Shown: positions 35,280 through 45,588, counted from the stretch's first letter. The stretch is DNA of 64,000 nt from a virus (IMGVR_UViG_3300050026_000282:13231-77230), one strand, 5' to 3'. Translations and numbers: made by a program. Notes: generated from the sequence alone by a model not told the origin.

Positions 35280-35453
35280 TTACTTCCCCTTCTTGAAAGA
35301 CCGCAGGGTCTTTGCCAGATTGATTTCCTTCTTGATCTCCGGGCTGCGATGCGGGGCCGCCATGTATTGGCCCAACGTCACGCCGGCTGCCGAGGCCCGA
35401 GCCTTTAATTCGCCCGGATGCTTGATCGCACTAGAAATCCAGTCCTTCGCCAT
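35280..35453 (-). CDS. small DUF3008-like protein (57 aa)
   Basis: Internal start MAKDWISSAIKHPGELKARASAAGVTLGQYMAAPH... Confidence 0.3.
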   Translation of the reverse strand: MAKDWISSAIKHPGELKARASAAGVTLGQYMAAPHRSPEIKKEINLAKTLRSFKKGK

Positions 35454-35463
35454 GATGTCACCT

Positions 35464-38400
35464 CTAGTTCTGTAAGAATGCCGTCCCTGCACCAAACTTC
35501 TCGCCATCTTCGTCGAACTTGAAGTCAAATACGGCTTCATCGTCGCCGTCTGACCAGTTGGCGTCCGTGTCAATCATCAGTTGGCCGTCATCGTCGATCC
35601 CGCAGAATACACTCTTCAAGACAGTCACCTTGTCGCCGATCTTGATGGGCGTCTTTTCCAGGTCGATACTGGAATCCTGGATGACTCCGTTCTCCGGTTG
35701 CCAGTAACTTTGGAACGTCCATTGGACTTCGTCGGTCGGATCGGCGTAGTCCGTCGTCAGGTCAAGGTCAGCCTTCTGGGTCGAATCAAACACATAAGCG
35801 CTCGGGTCCACAACTGTCTGGGCCTGGAAGCCGGTGTCCATCGGGACTGAGTCGCCTTGGTCGCAGTTTTGCCCGAACACCACGTTCGTCCCGCCGACAA
35901 ATACCGTGTGACTGATCGTGCTTGTGTCACCAACTGGCAGTGGTCCGTTCGCGCCCGAGCCAGGTCCACCCGAGCCCGAATCCTCACCAGCAGGTGGCCA
36001 GGTCATGGATTGCGGCAGATCGGCCGGCCAGAACCAGGGGTAGGCCACCGAAGTGCCGGCCATGACCGGCGTCAAGCACTGGAAGTGAATGCAGTTGTTC
36101 GCCGAGTCGTACCGCGCACTCTCCACAATCGCCTTCACCGGCCCGCTGGCTACGTAGGGGTGCGTGAAGTTCAGCAGGACCGTATCGAAGGTTTCGAGGT
36201 TCAACTTGTGGAGAGGCGTGGTAAACCGCACCCGTTTCCAGGTGTTGGACTTGCGAATCAACCAGAAGGTGGCCATCTTGTAGACGATGTCGGGTTGATT
36301 GAAGATGTAGTAGTCGTAAGACGCCTCGTGAATCAGGTACTTCTTGATGTTGTGCCGCAAGACTACGCTATAAGCGTTGTCTTTGATGTTGCCAGGATCA
36401 TAGGACAGGTTCGAGACAGGTCCGACAACGGGGCCATATCCCCCTTGCTGCCATTGCAGTGTCGTCAGGCGGCCGGCCGGGGTTGCGTAGCGAAGATGCC
36501 AGCCCACGGTCATCTTCGTCACCAACTCTTCGGTCGAAGTCAATTCCACTTCGATACCACTCTCGGCATCAATGTCGCTCTCGGTGATCGTGTCATCTAC
36601 GGCAGGCTCTTCGGGCAAATACTTCATGTAGACCGTGCCGTTGTCGATCCACAGAGCGCAGCGGGCTTGGAAGGCGATCTCCTGGAGCACCTGGAGCACG
36701 TTCCGCTTGTCGTTGATGGGGAAGTTGGCCGGGAAAGCCGCCAACCTCGCCTCGACGTGGGTGAAGCTCGCGGGATCGCACGCTAGGTCGGTGTACTGCT
36801 CGACAATGTACTCCATGATGTCGGCAATGTTGGGGCCTATCGTGGACGCGAAAGTCACGTAGATGTCATCGCGCCAACCTTGGTCGAGAATGTGGCTCAG
36901 TGGCTTGTCCAGGACAATCTCAATCGCAGTGATCGTGCCATAGACGGTCGTCTGCACGGAGTACAAGTCGGTCGGCACGTCCACCAAGCGTGTGACGCCG
37001 CTTTCGACCTCTTTGAAGGCCCGGACCGCCAGCACGGTGCCAGGGGTGATGGAGGCGATGTAGACCTTCTGGTCGCCCGTGTACAACGTCACCTCTGCTC
37101 CGGGCTCCGACCAGACTTGTTGAATGACGGGTTCCCGGCTAGCAACGGCTTCCATTGTTGGGGTGACGATCTCTTCCACTTGCCAAGAGTAGTCCGTCCA
37201 CTGAGTTCCGTCGATGCTCGTCGGTATCTTCGTGACGACGTGCTTGTCCCCGTTCATGGGGAAGTACCAGAAGAAGGTCTCTTTTTGGGCTACGTTGGTG
37301 TTCTGCCATGTACCAGCGAGAGCCTTCAAAACGATTTGATGGGCAATATCGTTGAGGGATTGCGAGACGTTGTTCGCAAACGGGCTGTAGACGGCGTTCA
37401 GGATTTGCTGGACGACCCAACGCCACTCCATGTTGTTGCTGCTGATGACATCCTGGTCGAGCAGTTTGGCATTGTAGGCTCCGTATGCCTTCTGGGTCAG
37501 TTCATCATTGGACCGGTCTGTGACGGTAAACTCCGTGCCGTTCATCTGACCCGTGTACAGGCCGCCATCAATCAAGAGGGTGATCGTCTTGCCTTGAGGG
37601 AAGTCCTCGCCGCCAAGGATGTGAATGGGGTTAGGGCCGAGACCATTGGCAGTCGCCTCTTCAATCTTCTTCTGGCGGCGCAATTCGCACGCTGCTTCAT
37701 TCTCAGTGAACTCTCGCAGTTTGGCGACGACGGCGGCCCAGAGGTTCGTATAATCGTTTTGGTACTTGGTCAGAGACGTTTGGAAATTGTTGGCCGCAGT
37801 CTGGTAGTGGCTAATGATCTGCGCCATCGTCGTCCAGACCTGCGCCGGTGTTGCTCTACTCGCATCGGCGTTCTGGGCGTTGGTGTTGCTGATGTTGCTG
37901 ATGTCGGTTGCCGCATTCGTGACCAGATTGGGGACGGTGTAGAGCGTGGACACCGTGCCGTCGCCGTTATTGACCGTTTGCGTCGTGACGCTGTAATCAG
38001 CCAAGTTCTGCGGCGGATTCTGGCTTAGATCACTCACCGCCGCCTGGGCTTTCGATAGATAACCCTTGAAAATGTTAATCAGGTCCGAGTAGGTCGCCAG
38101 GTTGTAGCACGACTTGGCGATCTCGATGTCGAAGCTGACATCGCTCACCGAAGGGAGACTCAGCAACAAGTCTTGACCGGCCAGAATGCCAACCGGCGTG
38201 AGCGTATTGCCAGTGATGGCCGGCTGGACGAAGAGGGTCGGGTTGTTCATTACCGTGCCAAAGATGATTGGCCACGGTTTGTTGCACATCGAAGCCGGCA
38301 GATACTTGAACTCGCCTTCGTCGGCCGAGAAGCCGATCTCGCGGTCCTCAAGCTGCGAGAGGATGGTCAACTTGACCGTTCGGTCGTGCTCGTTCCATGA

Positions 38401-38760
38401 AATTGGACTGGTGACGACGCCGGCGAACAGCAGGAAACGGTCCGACATGCTGAGACCGGTGAAATACTGGTACACACGAGCCGGGACCATGTGCGGGTCG
38501 TGCGAGTCGAAGAGGGCCTTGATCGAACCGTCCGTGTCGTCCAGCGCTATCGAAAGGGAAGTCGAACCGCTGTGACCGGTCAGGTTTACCGCACTGTCCA
38601 AATCGCCAAGTTCGACGATCTTGCCGGGGATCGAGCCAATCGTCTTGTCGGCATAGCTTTGAGTGCCGCCAGCGACCCAGTCGATCTCGATAATGCAGAC
38701 CGGTTCGTTGCCGAGCTTCGTTCGCAGCTTCGTCAGGCCGTTTGCTGAAATGTTTCTCAC
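35464..38760 (-). CDS. large tail protein (host-specificity / central fibre-like, 1098 aa)
   Basis: Size and position immediately downstream of the tape measure/fibre block; N-terminal NGLTKLRTKLGNEPVCIIEIDW. Confidence 0.55.
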   Translation of the reverse strand: MRNISANGLTKLRTKLGNEPVCIIEIDWVAGGTQSYADKTIGSIPGKIVELGDLDSAVNLTGHSGSTSLSIALDDTDGSIKALFDSHDPHMVPARVYQYFTGLSMSDRFLLFAGVVTSPISWNEHDRTVKLTILSQLEDREIGFSADEGEFKYLPASMCNKPWPIIFGTVMNNPTLFVQPAITGNTLTPVGILAGQDLLLSLPSVSDVSFDIEIAKSCYNLATYSDLINIFKGYLSKAQAAVSDLSQNPPQNLADYSVTTQTVNNGDGTVSTLYTVPNLVTNAATDISNISNTNAQNADASRATPAQVWTTMAQIISHYQTAANNFQTSLTKYQNDYTNLWAAVVAKLREFTENEAACELRRQKKIEEATANGLGPNPIHILGGEDFPQGKTITLLIDGGLYTGQMNGTEFTVTDRSNDELTQKAYGAYNAKLLDQDVISSNNMEWRWVVQQILNAVYSPFANNVSQSLNDIAHQIVLKALAGTWQNTNVAQKETFFWYFPMNGDKHVVTKIPTSIDGTQWTDYSWQVEEIVTPTMEAVASREPVIQQVWSEPGAEVTLYTGDQKVYIASITPGTVLAVRAFKEVESGVTRLVDVPTDLYSVQTTVYGTITAIEIVLDKPLSHILDQGWRDDIYVTFASTIGPNIADIMEYIVEQYTDLACDPASFTHVEARLAAFPANFPINDKRNVLQVLQEIAFQARCALWIDNGTVYMKYLPEEPAVDDTITESDIDAESGIEVELTSTEELVTKMTVGWHLRYATPAGRLTTLQWQQGGYGPVVGPVSNLSYDPGNIKDNAYSVVLRHNIKKYLIHEASYDYYIFNQPDIVYKMATFWLIRKSNTWKRVRFTTPLHKLNLETFDTVLLNFTHPYVASGPVKAIVESARYDSANNCIHFQCLTPVMAGTSVAYPWFWPADLPQSMTWPPAGEDSGSGGPGSGANGPLPVGDTSTISHTVFVGGTNVVFGQNCDQGDSVPMDTGFQAQTVVDPSAYVFDSTQKADLDLTTDYADPTDEVQWTFQSYWQPENGVIQDSSIDLEKTPIKIGDKVTVLKSVFCGIDDDGQLMIDTDANWSDGDDEAVFDFKFDEDGEKFGAGTAFLQN

Positions 38761-39152
38761 TGCTCGACTCCCTCGAATTCCAGTTCAATGTGTACACTCT
38801 CGCCCGCAGGCATCGGTGTTATCGCTGGTCCGGCATATTGGAAGGTGTCGAACTCAAAGGGATTGTTCACCAGATGTCCCTCCCACACTCGGTTGTTGTG
38901 GTCGGTCAACTGAATCGGTGAAGCGAAGTAGGATGTGATGAAGGCTCGCAACTCCAAAGCCTTGTTCCGGGTCAAGCGGAATATCCACCGCAGTTTCCGC
39001 CTGTCCTTTTTCTTGACGTAGGTGTACCGGGTCCCATCAATCGCCAGCTTACGGCTGATGGTGGCCATCACTTCTTCCCCATCGCTCACCAGCGGATTGG
39101 GCAAGTAGGTCGTCGTTTGGTAGATTGGCACTGGGGCCTGTAGTGTGAACAT
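38757..39152 (-). CDS. tail-associated hypothetical protein (about 131 aa)
   Basis: Internal start MFTLQAPVPIYQ, coupled to the stop of the upstream fibre paralog. Confidence 0.35.
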   Translation of the reverse strand: MFTLQAPVPIYQTTTYLPNPLVSDGEEVMATISRKLAIDGTRYTYVKKKDRRKLRWIFRLTRNKALELRAFITSYFASPIQLTDHNNRVWEGHLVNNPFEFDTFQYAGPAITPMPAGESVHIELEFEGVEQ

Positions 39153-40174
39153 TAGACGCTCTTCATACCAAAAAGGGCCGAAGCGATAGTTGCGCTGGTC
39201 CAAGCCAGCCCGCTCAGATCAGTGTCAAAAACGCGGCGGTAGTCAACATAGCTCGAAGTTAAGGACTGAGTCGCTCCATCGCTCTCCGTGCCGTTCTGTG
39301 AGCAAACCAAGGAAAGGCCGTTAGTGCCCCCAGCCAATTCCTTAGCTGTCACCTCCAACTGAACGCCATAGACCGTGAGCCCGGAGAAGTTCGCGCCAAA
39401 GGGGTTAGTGAGACTGTAAAGGTCCATCTGCGCCGGCACACTGGTCGTCACGTAGCTCGTGCCGTCCGGCGGGCACTCGGCGAGAAGTGGATAGTGACTC
39501 GTTCCACTGCTCGTGGTCCACTGGACGGTTCCATCGGCGCTTGGATAAAGGACTGCAAAGGCCGTGCATGGGCCGGGATAATCGTTGTTGACCGCCCCGC
39601 TCCCATCGAGAATATAAATCTGGTCGAGCGTGTCTGCGCCCGTAGGCCCGAAGGACATCCGCACGACGTTGTAGAAGGCATCAGTTCCGGCTCGGGTGTT
39701 CTGGGCGGTGAGACTGAGCCGCGAAGTGCTGGACACCCAGACTTGGACGGTGCCGGTCGTTGCGTGGCAAAGGACCTTAATGGCAACAAAGTACCAGCTT
39801 CCCGCCGTAACGGCCGCCCCGGTCGTCTTACCGAGCAGTGTAGTTCCCCGGTAGACATAAATCTCCTGCGTCAGCGGGTCCCACTGCACGTCGATGCCAA
39901 GGGTGGTGCCGTCCCGCAGTTGTAGGAACGAGTGAGCGGCGGTGGTGGCCGTCGAACCACAGAATCGTAACCCGACGACCAACGTCGAATTCGTCGTCAG
40001 CGCGGGTGTTTCCAAGTACGCCCCGCTGCTGGAGGCACCCAGGCCGAGGCCGCCAAAACAACTATTGACTGCCTGAAAGGTGCCATTGACTGTGGCGTAA
40101 CGGTACGCCAAGTAGCTGGTGATTGTCGAACTCGCCGGGCCGTAGGACTCAGCGCTATCCATCCAGACGAACAT
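39152..40174 (-). CDS. tail fibre-like protein, paralog D (starts MFVWMDSAESYG)
   Basis: About 340 aa. Shares TPALTTN.TL.VGL, D.Q(W/N)(D/N)PLTQEI.V.RG.TLLG, QWTTSSGTSHY, DYRR and AWT blocks with the other three paralogs. Confidence 0.5.
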   Translation of the reverse strand: MFVWMDSAESYGPASSTITSYLAYRYATVNGTFQAVNSCFGGLGLGASSSGAYLETPALTTNSTLVVGLRFCGSTATTAAHSFLQLRDGTTLGIDVQWDPLTQEIYVYRGTTLLGKTTGAAVTAGSWYFVAIKVLCHATTGTVQVWVSSTSRLSLTAQNTRAGTDAFYNVVRMSFGPTGADTLDQIYILDGSGAVNNDYPGPCTAFAVLYPSADGTVQWTTSSGTSHYPLLAECPPDGTSYVTTSVPAQMDLYSLTNPFGANFSGLTVYGVQLEVTAKELAGGTNGLSLVCSQNGTESDGATQSLTSSYVDYRRVFDTDLSGLAWTSATIASALFGMKSV

Positions 40175-41217
40175 TATGCCACCTCCACTCCGATCTGAGC
40201 CGCAACGATACTGGTCGGGGTCCATGCCAACCCCGTGGCAGGGTCGCACTCCAAGACTCGTCGGTAGTCGATAAAGCTACCACTCCCGACAACCTGGCCA
40301 GCATCATTGCTCGTCACACCGCCAGAGATCGCCGGAGTAATCAGAGTGTTCGCCGAGTCGGTGATCTGCCGGCAAGTCGTGTTGATCTGAATGCCGGCCA
40401 CCGCCGTAAAGGCTGTTGGTGCTGAGTAGGTGAAGGTATCGATCTTCCCCGAAGTTCCCGTTTGCACGTTCGTGGTGCTGTCGTCGGCCGGATTCTCATT
40501 CACGAGACTGTAGTGGCTTGTGCCGGCGCTGGGCGTCCATTGCGAAGTCGCGTCGGCGGCCGGAAAGATCGCCGAGACCGTGGGGCATCCGAGGAAGTAG
40601 TTGTTGTTGGTCCCTGTCCCGTCTGCGATGTATAGGTCGTCGATCACGTAGCTGGCAAGGGTCGCGCCGCCTCCACCAGACCCTACCCAGACATGGTCGT
40701 AGTAAGCGTCAGCGGTCAGCGTGTTCTGCCCCGTGAGCAACAACTTGGTCGAGCCACCGACGCGCAGCTCAATTACCCCGGCCGTCGCGCTGCAATAGCA
40801 TTTGAACTCAAGGTAGAACCAGGCACCTTGAGAGATCGCCGCTCCAGACGTGGTTCCAAGAAGGTTGCCGCCGAGGTAAACTGCAATCTCAGAGCCGGCC
40901 GGCTGGAAGACAATCCCTTGTGAGGAACCGTCATACAACATGCAGTACGCATAACCAGCCCCGGTTCCAAGCGCGCCTGTCCATTTGACGGCGAGGCCGA
41001 CGAACAACGTCGGGCTCGTCGTCAGGGCGGGAGTCACGAGGGCACAGGAGTTCGAGGTCCCGGCTCCCTGGTGCCCGTAGCCACCATTCCGGCCGCTGGC
41101 CAGATATTGATGCCCCGTGTTACTCAACATGGCATAGCGGCGGGTCAGCAGCGACTCAATCGCGGTTGAGGTCGTTGTCCCGTAGCCCTCGAAACCGTCA
41201 ATCCAAAGCAGAGCCAT
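40174..41217 (-). CDS. tail fibre-like protein, paralog C (starts MALLWIDGFEGYG)
   Basis: Same family; internal ATG adjacent to the stop of the repeat protein. Confidence 0.5.
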   Translation of the reverse strand: MALLWIDGFEGYGTTTSTAIESLLTRRYAMLSNTGHQYLASGRNGGYGHQGAGTSNSCALVTPALTTSPTLFVGLAVKWTGALGTGAGYAYCMLYDGSSQGIVFQPAGSEIAVYLGGNLLGTTSGAAISQGAWFYLEFKCYCSATAGVIELRVGGSTKLLLTGQNTLTADAYYDHVWVGSGGGGATLASYVIDDLYIADGTGTNNNYFLGCPTVSAIFPAADATSQWTPSAGTSHYSLVNENPADDSTTNVQTGTSGKIDTFTYSAPTAFTAVAGIQINTTCRQITDSANTLITPAISGGVTSNDAGQVVGSGSFIDYRRVLECDPATGLAWTPTSIVAAQIGVEVA

Positions 41218-41218
41218 G

Positions 41219-43462
41219 TTAAGTCTCCAACAGGATGCCGGTAGCAGGGTCCAACTCGCCTTCAAAGCTAAAACTAGCTGAGAAGCGTCCACGGGTGTCC
41301 TCGATGACCGGCGACTCAGGCGTCATAATGATGCCCCGCCAGTAACGATGCTCCCAGTCCATCAGCCCGACCTCGACTCCCAAGTGATTCTCGAAGAAGC
41401 TCAATAGCTGCTGAGTCTCACTTCTCAGCAGAGAGGAAAAGTTCAACACGAGCGTCTGCGTCTTAGGCCAGATCGGGTCAGCGAACACAATGAGCGTGCC
41501 GCCACGGGTCTCACGCAGTACGCGATTGAAACCCAAGCGATCTTTGTTGCCGAGATTGGGCATTCTCCGAAGCGTCACTGAATCTGTAACTGTACTGGTC
41601 GCCGGATAGAGAAGCTGGAAGCGGGTCGTGACGGCAAGTGGGCCGTCAAGTGACGGCAGCGCACCAGCCGGACTATAGCGGTAGAGCGTGTCTGCGTCCG
41701 ACCGAGCCGATAAAAAACTCTCCGTCCAAGTGAGGGTGTCGCCGTACTGTTGTGATGTTCGTCGGACCAGTCCAAACTGCTCACCGAATCCCAGTGAATC
41801 AGACAGCCACTTGCAAGTTGCTGCGGCAAAGTTATCCGAGAACGTCAAGAAGTCAGGGAAGCTACCAGTCTTGTTCCGGTAAACGCCCTCGCTGAGGGGC
41901 AGAGTATCACTGAACGCAATCGACTTGGCCGACGCCTTGAGTATGTACCCGCCAAAGGACTCACTTAGTTGAAGATTGTCAACCTGCGATTGGACCGACA
42001 ACTTGACAACCGAGTAGGTATCTTGCAGGCCGGAGATCGTCTCGATTGTCGCAAGGGTCGTCGGGTCAAGCGTGTCCGTGATGGTTTGTAGGGCGTCCGA
42101 GCACCCGAGTTGGCCAGGAGCCTTGAACGCGGGCGTCTCGACCAAGAACACAACATCGGAATACCCCACCGAGCGAGCATTACTTCTCGCTGTGTCAACG
42201 AGAGCCAGAGTGTCTTTGTATGCTAGGACAGGGGTGGTTTGACGCAACGCCTCACTGAAGGTGATTCGATCAGTCGTCGCAACAGTGACATGCCGGAGGG
42301 TGAAAGTCTCGGTAAGGGAGAGGCTGTCGGAAGTCGCCACCCAACCCGAGCAATCGAACTTATCAGTAATCGCCAAACTGTCAGAGTTGGTGCGGCCTTT
42401 GACGTGAGTGTCGAAGGATTCACTGAGGACAAGCGAATCGGTAAGAGCCTCCACTGCCAAGCTCGAACGACAACTGTCAGCGAAGGCGACCGTGTCCGAG
42501 GTGGTAACTTGGGCGATGACCGGTCGATAGAGTGTCTCGGATAGTGTGAGAAGATCGGCAGTGGAGATCAGGCGCGGGCCAATGCTTTTCTCTTGGTCCG
42601 AGAGACTGATGGCGTCAGTCGCTTTGAGATTGAAAATGTGCGCGAGAACGGTTACTTCAGAGAGGGTGAGGCTGTCAGAGAAGTGTACGTTGGCAACCCG
42701 CGTGAGAGCGGTTACTTCCGAGAGGGTCAGCGAATCACTCGCCGCTTTGACACGGACGGAAGAGAATGACTGGGACTCAGAAAGAATGAGGCTGTCGCCA
42801 GTGTTCGCTGTGGTCTCGGGAACGAAGACGTTGCTATCCGTCAGACTCAGCGTGTCAGAGGTATTGCAACTCCATATCTTTAGCGTTGGCCACCCGAGGA
42901 CTTCGACCATTTGTCGGGTGAGTGCGACCCCGGCGACGGGCTGGCCCCAAACCTCAGCACAGACGCGAGTAACGGTGGAGGCGGTGTTCGGGGAGACTTT
43001 TAAGACCGAATATAATTCGGAGAGAGCCAAACTGTCAGGAGCCGAGTCAATGAACACTACGTTAGTTAGAGCTTCGACTAATTGGCGGCTGACACGCGCA
43101 GGCCCGGTAGGACGTGTGAGGACCTCAGTTGATTGTCGGCTGACGCAGAGAGCGCTAGGCGCGAGAACCAACGCCTCCATCATTTGTCGGCTAATTTTCG
43201 CCCCTGCACCGGTGTGTGACAGGACTTCGCCGGACTGACGGGTGACGTAAACATACCCTGCATACGTGACCAGCGACTCGTACATTTGGCGGCTAGCGCG
43301 CGCCGCACCCGGAGTGCTGCTCAGCACCTCGTCAGTCTCGCGCGTGGCACGAACTCCACCGACGCCCGAGATCAGCGCCTCGACCACCTGGCGGCTAACG
43401 CGCGCATTGCCGGTGGACTTGCTCAGCGCTTCGGACGCCTCGCGGGTGATGCGAAGAGTCAT
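41219..43462 (-). CDS. highly repetitive tail/adhesin-like protein (747 aa)
   Basis: Six N-terminal ~23-aa repeats with core (A)RxSRQxxEAL, then more than 20 degenerate SDSLTLSET-type units, then a unique C-terminal domain (FENHLGVEVGLMDWEHRYWRG). Confidence 0.55.
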   Translation of the reverse strand: MTLRITREASEALSKSTGNARVSRQVVEALISGVGGVRATRETDEVLSSTPGAARASRQMYESLVTYAGYVYVTRQSGEVLSHTGAGAKISRQMMEALVLAPSALCVSRQSTEVLTRPTGPARVSRQLVEALTNVVFIDSAPDSLALSELYSVLKVSPNTASTVTRVCAEVWGQPVAGVALTRQMVEVLGWPTLKIWSCNTSDTLSLTDSNVFVPETTANTGDSLILSESQSFSSVRVKAASDSLTLSEVTALTRVANVHFSDSLTLSEVTVLAHIFNLKATDAISLSDQEKSIGPRLISTADLLTLSETLYRPVIAQVTTSDTVAFADSCRSSLAVEALTDSLVLSESFDTHVKGRTNSDSLAITDKFDCSGWVATSDSLSLTETFTLRHVTVATTDRITFSEALRQTTPVLAYKDTLALVDTARSNARSVGYSDVVFLVETPAFKAPGQLGCSDALQTITDTLDPTTLATIETISGLQDTYSVVKLSVQSQVDNLQLSESFGGYILKASAKSIAFSDTLPLSEGVYRNKTGSFPDFLTFSDNFAAATCKWLSDSLGFGEQFGLVRRTSQQYGDTLTWTESFLSARSDADTLYRYSPAGALPSLDGPLAVTTRFQLLYPATSTVTDSVTLRRMPNLGNKDRLGFNRVLRETRGGTLIVFADPIWPKTQTLVLNFSSLLRSETQQLLSFFENHLGVEVGLMDWEHRYWRGIIMTPESPVIEDTRGRFSASFSFEGELDPATGILLET

Positions 43463-43463
43463 A

Positions 43464-44483
43464 TTACTGGACTTTCACGCCGAATGTTGCCGCATTCAAT
43501 GCTGTCGGCGTCCAAGCCACACCCGTGTTGGGGTCCGTCTCGATGATGCGTCTAAAGTCCGAGTAGGTCGTAATTGAGACGGTCTGCGCAGTGCCATCAC
43601 TCTGGGTGCCCGAGTAGACTGGCATAAGCAGATTGTACGTATTGGTATCAGTTACGCGGCAAGCGGCAACAAGTTGGACGCCGATGATTGTCGCCGCTCC
43701 GTAGGCAACCTGCGTGTATCCGTAGAGATCGGTCTGCCCCGACGTGGCGCTTGAAACCCAGGAAGTATCATCGTTGGGCGGGTTCTCGTTCACCAGGCTA
43801 TAGTGTGTCGATCCACTGCTCGTTGTCCACGCTACCGATGAGTCGGTGGTTGGCAACAGTAGTCCGACGACATTACAGAGTCCCAAAAAGTCGTTATTGA
43901 CCGAGCCACTTCCATCGGTGATGTAAGCGGAATCAACGCCATTGCCACCGTTAGACCCAAAGTAGAACCGCACGGCATTGTGGTAAGAGTCAGTCCCCGC
44001 CTTCGTGTTCTGGCCGGTCAGCAGCAATTTGGTAACGCCGGCGACCCGAACCTCGACTGTCCCTGCCGATCCGTCACACTTAACCTTGACTTCAATGTGC
44101 ATCCACGTACTGGGCGTGAGGTTGGCTCCTGTGGTGGTGCCGAGGGCGGTTGAGCCTCGGAGGACAGTAATCTCCTGCGTCAGGGGATTCCACTGCACGT
44201 CAATCCCGAGGGTGCCCCCATCGTAAAGTTGTATAATCGAGTGCGCGGCGGTCGTGCTCCACACGGGATTGAATCGCAAACCAACGGCCAGCGTGGCATT
44301 GGTTGTAAGTGTGGGGGTCATAAGGTAGGCACCTCCACCACCCGTCACGCCAAGGCCGTTGGGGGCTCCGCACGTCGTTATCGTGCCGTTCACCGAGGCG
44401 TAACGGCGGCCTATCATCGTTGTGATATTCACCGACGATGCGGCAGCGTAGGACTCAAATCCGTCAACCCAGAGGAGTGCCAT
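43464..44483 (-). CDS. tail fibre-like protein, paralog B (MALLWVDGFESYA)
   Basis: Same family. Confidence 0.5.
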   Translation of the reverse strand: MALLWVDGFESYAAASSVNITTMIGRRYASVNGTITTCGAPNGLGVTGGGGAYLMTPTLTTNATLAVGLRFNPVWSTTAAHSIIQLYDGGTLGIDVQWNPLTQEITVLRGSTALGTTTGANLTPSTWMHIEVKVKCDGSAGTVEVRVAGVTKLLLTGQNTKAGTDSYHNAVRFYFGSNGGNGVDSAYITDGSGSVNNDFLGLCNVVGLLLPTTDSSVAWTTSSGSTHYSLVNENPPNDDTSWVSSATSGQTDLYGYTQVAYGAATIIGVQLVAACRVTDTNTYNLLMPVYSGTQSDGTAQTVSITTYSDFRRIIETDPNTGVAWTPTALNAATFGVKVQ

Positions 44484-44485
44484 GT

Positions 44486-45532
44486 TTAACCTACCTTTAC
44501 ACCAATCTGTGCCGCTCCGAGCCCAGTAAGGGTCCAGGCCGCACTCGTCGCAGGATCAAGCTCAACGATACGCCGTCGATCCACATAGCCACTCGCGCCA
44601 ATTATCTGACCAGCGTCGTCGCTTTCGACACCGTTCGAGATTACCGGAGTTATTAGATTATGGACGCTATCCGCCGACTCTCTGCAAGTCGTGGTGATCT
44701 GAACGCCGGCAATTGAAGTGACCGGCGGCAGACCCGTGTACGTATAGAGGTCTGCTTGTCCCGTTGTGCCTTGCACATACGACGTGTCATCGTCTGACGG
44801 GTTCTCGCTCAGCAAGTTGTAGTGCGTAGCACCCGAACTTGTCGTCAATTGCGTACTCGCGTCACCGTTAGGAACAACCGCCACAACCTTGTGGTTGCCG
44901 AGAAAGTTGTTGTTTACCGATCCGGCACCATCAAGGATGTAAACATCGTCAATGAGATAGTTGCCCAACGTACCACCACCGCCGCCCGAGCCAAAGCGTA
45001 CCCGGTCGTAAAAGCCGTCAGTGCCCGCCTTTGTGTTCTGGGCAGTCAGCGATAACTTCGTCACGCCGTTTACCCGGACCTCAACGGTTCCGAGCGTTGC
45101 ATGACAGTAAACTTTGAGTTCGACGTAGTACCATGTGTTGATTGCTATTCCGGCACCACTCGTGGTCCCCAAAAGTGTACTGCCACGGTAGACACCAATC
45201 TCCGCAGTAGCGGGCTGGAGGCAAATGCCCTGCGTCGTACCATCATAGAACTGACAGTAGTCATAGGTATTGTCTCCGCCGAGGCTACTCCATTTCGCGG
45301 CCATGCCAATGACAAGCGTGGCATTCGTTGTCAGCGCCGGGGTCTGTAGACAACACGCACCGTAGTTACCGGTGCCCTGTAACGAATAACCACTAAAGCG
45401 TCCCGCCGCTAGATACTGATGTCCAATGCTCGTTAGGGCCGCATAGCGGCGACTCATGAGTCCTTCCACCGCGTTCCCGCTGCCGGTGACGGTCCCGTAC
45501 CCCTCGAAGCCTTCGATCCACAAGAGAGACAT
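44486..45532 (-). CDS. tail fibre-like protein, paralog A (MSLLWIEGFEGYG)
   Basis: Internal ATG of track ORF 44486..45886; upstream 118 aa is R/H-rich read-through. Confidence 0.5.
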   Translation of the reverse strand: MSLLWIEGFEGYGTVTGSGNAVEGLMSRRYAALTSIGHQYLAAGRFSGYSLQGTGNYGACCLQTPALTTNATLVIGMAAKWSSLGGDNTYDYCQFYDGTTQGICLQPATAEIGVYRGSTLLGTTSGAGIAINTWYYVELKVYCHATLGTVEVRVNGVTKLSLTAQNTKAGTDGFYDRVRFGSGGGGGTLGNYLIDDVYILDGAGSVNNNFLGNHKVVAVVPNGDASTQLTTSSGATHYNLLSENPSDDDTSYVQGTTGQADLYTYTGLPPVTSIAGVQITTTCRESADSVHNLITPVISNGVESDDAGQIIGASGYVDRRRIVELDPATSAAWTLTGLGAAQIGVKVG

Positions 45533-45588
45533 TGGTTGGACTCCAACAAAGTGAAGAGGGCCATCCGTGGCCCATTGCAAGGAAATCG

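Noticed and set aside
35857-38028. Plus-strand ORFs of 309 and 382 aa
   Set aside because: Both antisense to the 1098-aa tail protein gene; R/G/V-rich shadow frames.
41219-43462. Possible CRISPR-like or non-coding tandem repeats
   Set aside because: The DNA periodicity lies entirely within one long ORF and translates to amino-acid repeats. There are no spacer-like unique units and no cas genes.
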